Positions 63,575-64,000 of a stretch of 64,000 nucleotides of DNA are shown in pieces. Each line of letters starts with the position of its first letter. The first letter of the stretch is position 1. The notes under the pieces were generated by a model. It did no database searches and was not told the origin of the DNA. It saw only the letters and a list, made by a program, of their open reading frames with translations. The position numbers were made by a program, and so were the translations under genes. The stretch is from Basidiobolus meristosporus CBS 931.73 (Eukaryota > Fungi > Basidiobolomycota), in NCBI GenBank assembly GCA_002104905.1, contig MCFE01000102.1, positions 107,614 through 171,613 of the forward strand, read 5' to 3'.

Positions 63575-63779
63575 AGGGTTAGGGGAGGGAAAGTCACCAA
63601 GGTAGGTGAAATCTTTATTTGATTTCAGACAAGTCTAACTACAAATAAAGAAGCCAGGTAGGAATAGAAGATTCCCCAAGTAAATACTAAGTTGAATATG
63701 AATAAATCTAAGCTAAAGTTAAGGCAGTATCCCAGAGTACACTGGAGTTCAGGTTCATGGTGGAGTGAAGTAGATAAGC
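63575..63779 (-). mobile_element. Short non-LTR 3' tail (T5) capped by the telomere
   Basis: agggttagggg-agggaaagtcacc-aaggta-ggtgaaatctttattt...ataaagaagccagg. Confidence 0.75.
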
Positions 63780-64000
63780 TTAGGGTTAGGGTAGGGTTAG
63801 GGTTAGGGTTAGGGTTAGGGTTAGGGTTAGGGTTAGGGTTAGGGTAGGGTTAGGGTTAGGGTTAGGGTTAGGGTTAGGGTTAGGGTTAGGGTTAGGGTTA
63901 GGGTTAGGGTTAGGGTTAGGGTTAGGGTTAGGGTTAGGGTTAGGGTTAGGGTTAGGGTTAGGGTTAGGGTTAGGGTTAGGGTTAGGGTTAGGGTTAGGGT
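63780..64000 (+). repeat. Telomeric (TTAGGG)n tract
   Basis: 221 bp running to the window edge, with two TAGGG variant units in the proximal part. Confidence 0.98.

Overview
Terminal 64 kb of an intron-rich fungal chromosome, ending in a (TTAGGG)n telomere at 63780-64000. The lineage may be early-diverging, but this cannot be established from the window alone. Positions 1-53 kb hold ordinary genes: SWD2, ARG2, a Zn2Cys6 factor, a LIM protein, a Gcn4-like bZIP, zuotin, Ulp1, Thp3/LENG8, a PhoD-like phosphatase, COG4, OMS1, a cyclin K/T and a POT transporter. There are three unusual systems. (1) A 263-nt minus-strand module occurs nine times plus one fragment. It has the diagnostic 3' hairpin of snR30/U17 H/ACA snoRNA (m1-like AUAUUCUA, m2 AACCAU, then ACA or AUA exactly 7 nt later) and a TATA box at a fixed distance in three unrelated flanks. 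Seven copies form 2.2-2.5 kb tandem units interleaved with a small secreted-protein family that has two hypervariable loops. (2) The last 10 kb is a same-orientation stack of non-LTR retroelement 3' ends joined to TTAGGG-like junctions. It includes a LINE RT fragment, an element carrying only a non-RT ORF, and a tRNA-headed SINE, all sharing one stem-loop tail, with two copia insertions among them. (3) An intronless ATP-grasp/methyltransferase fusion lies next to an intronless peptide transporter. All alignments and counts were done by eye, and exon boundaries are approximate.
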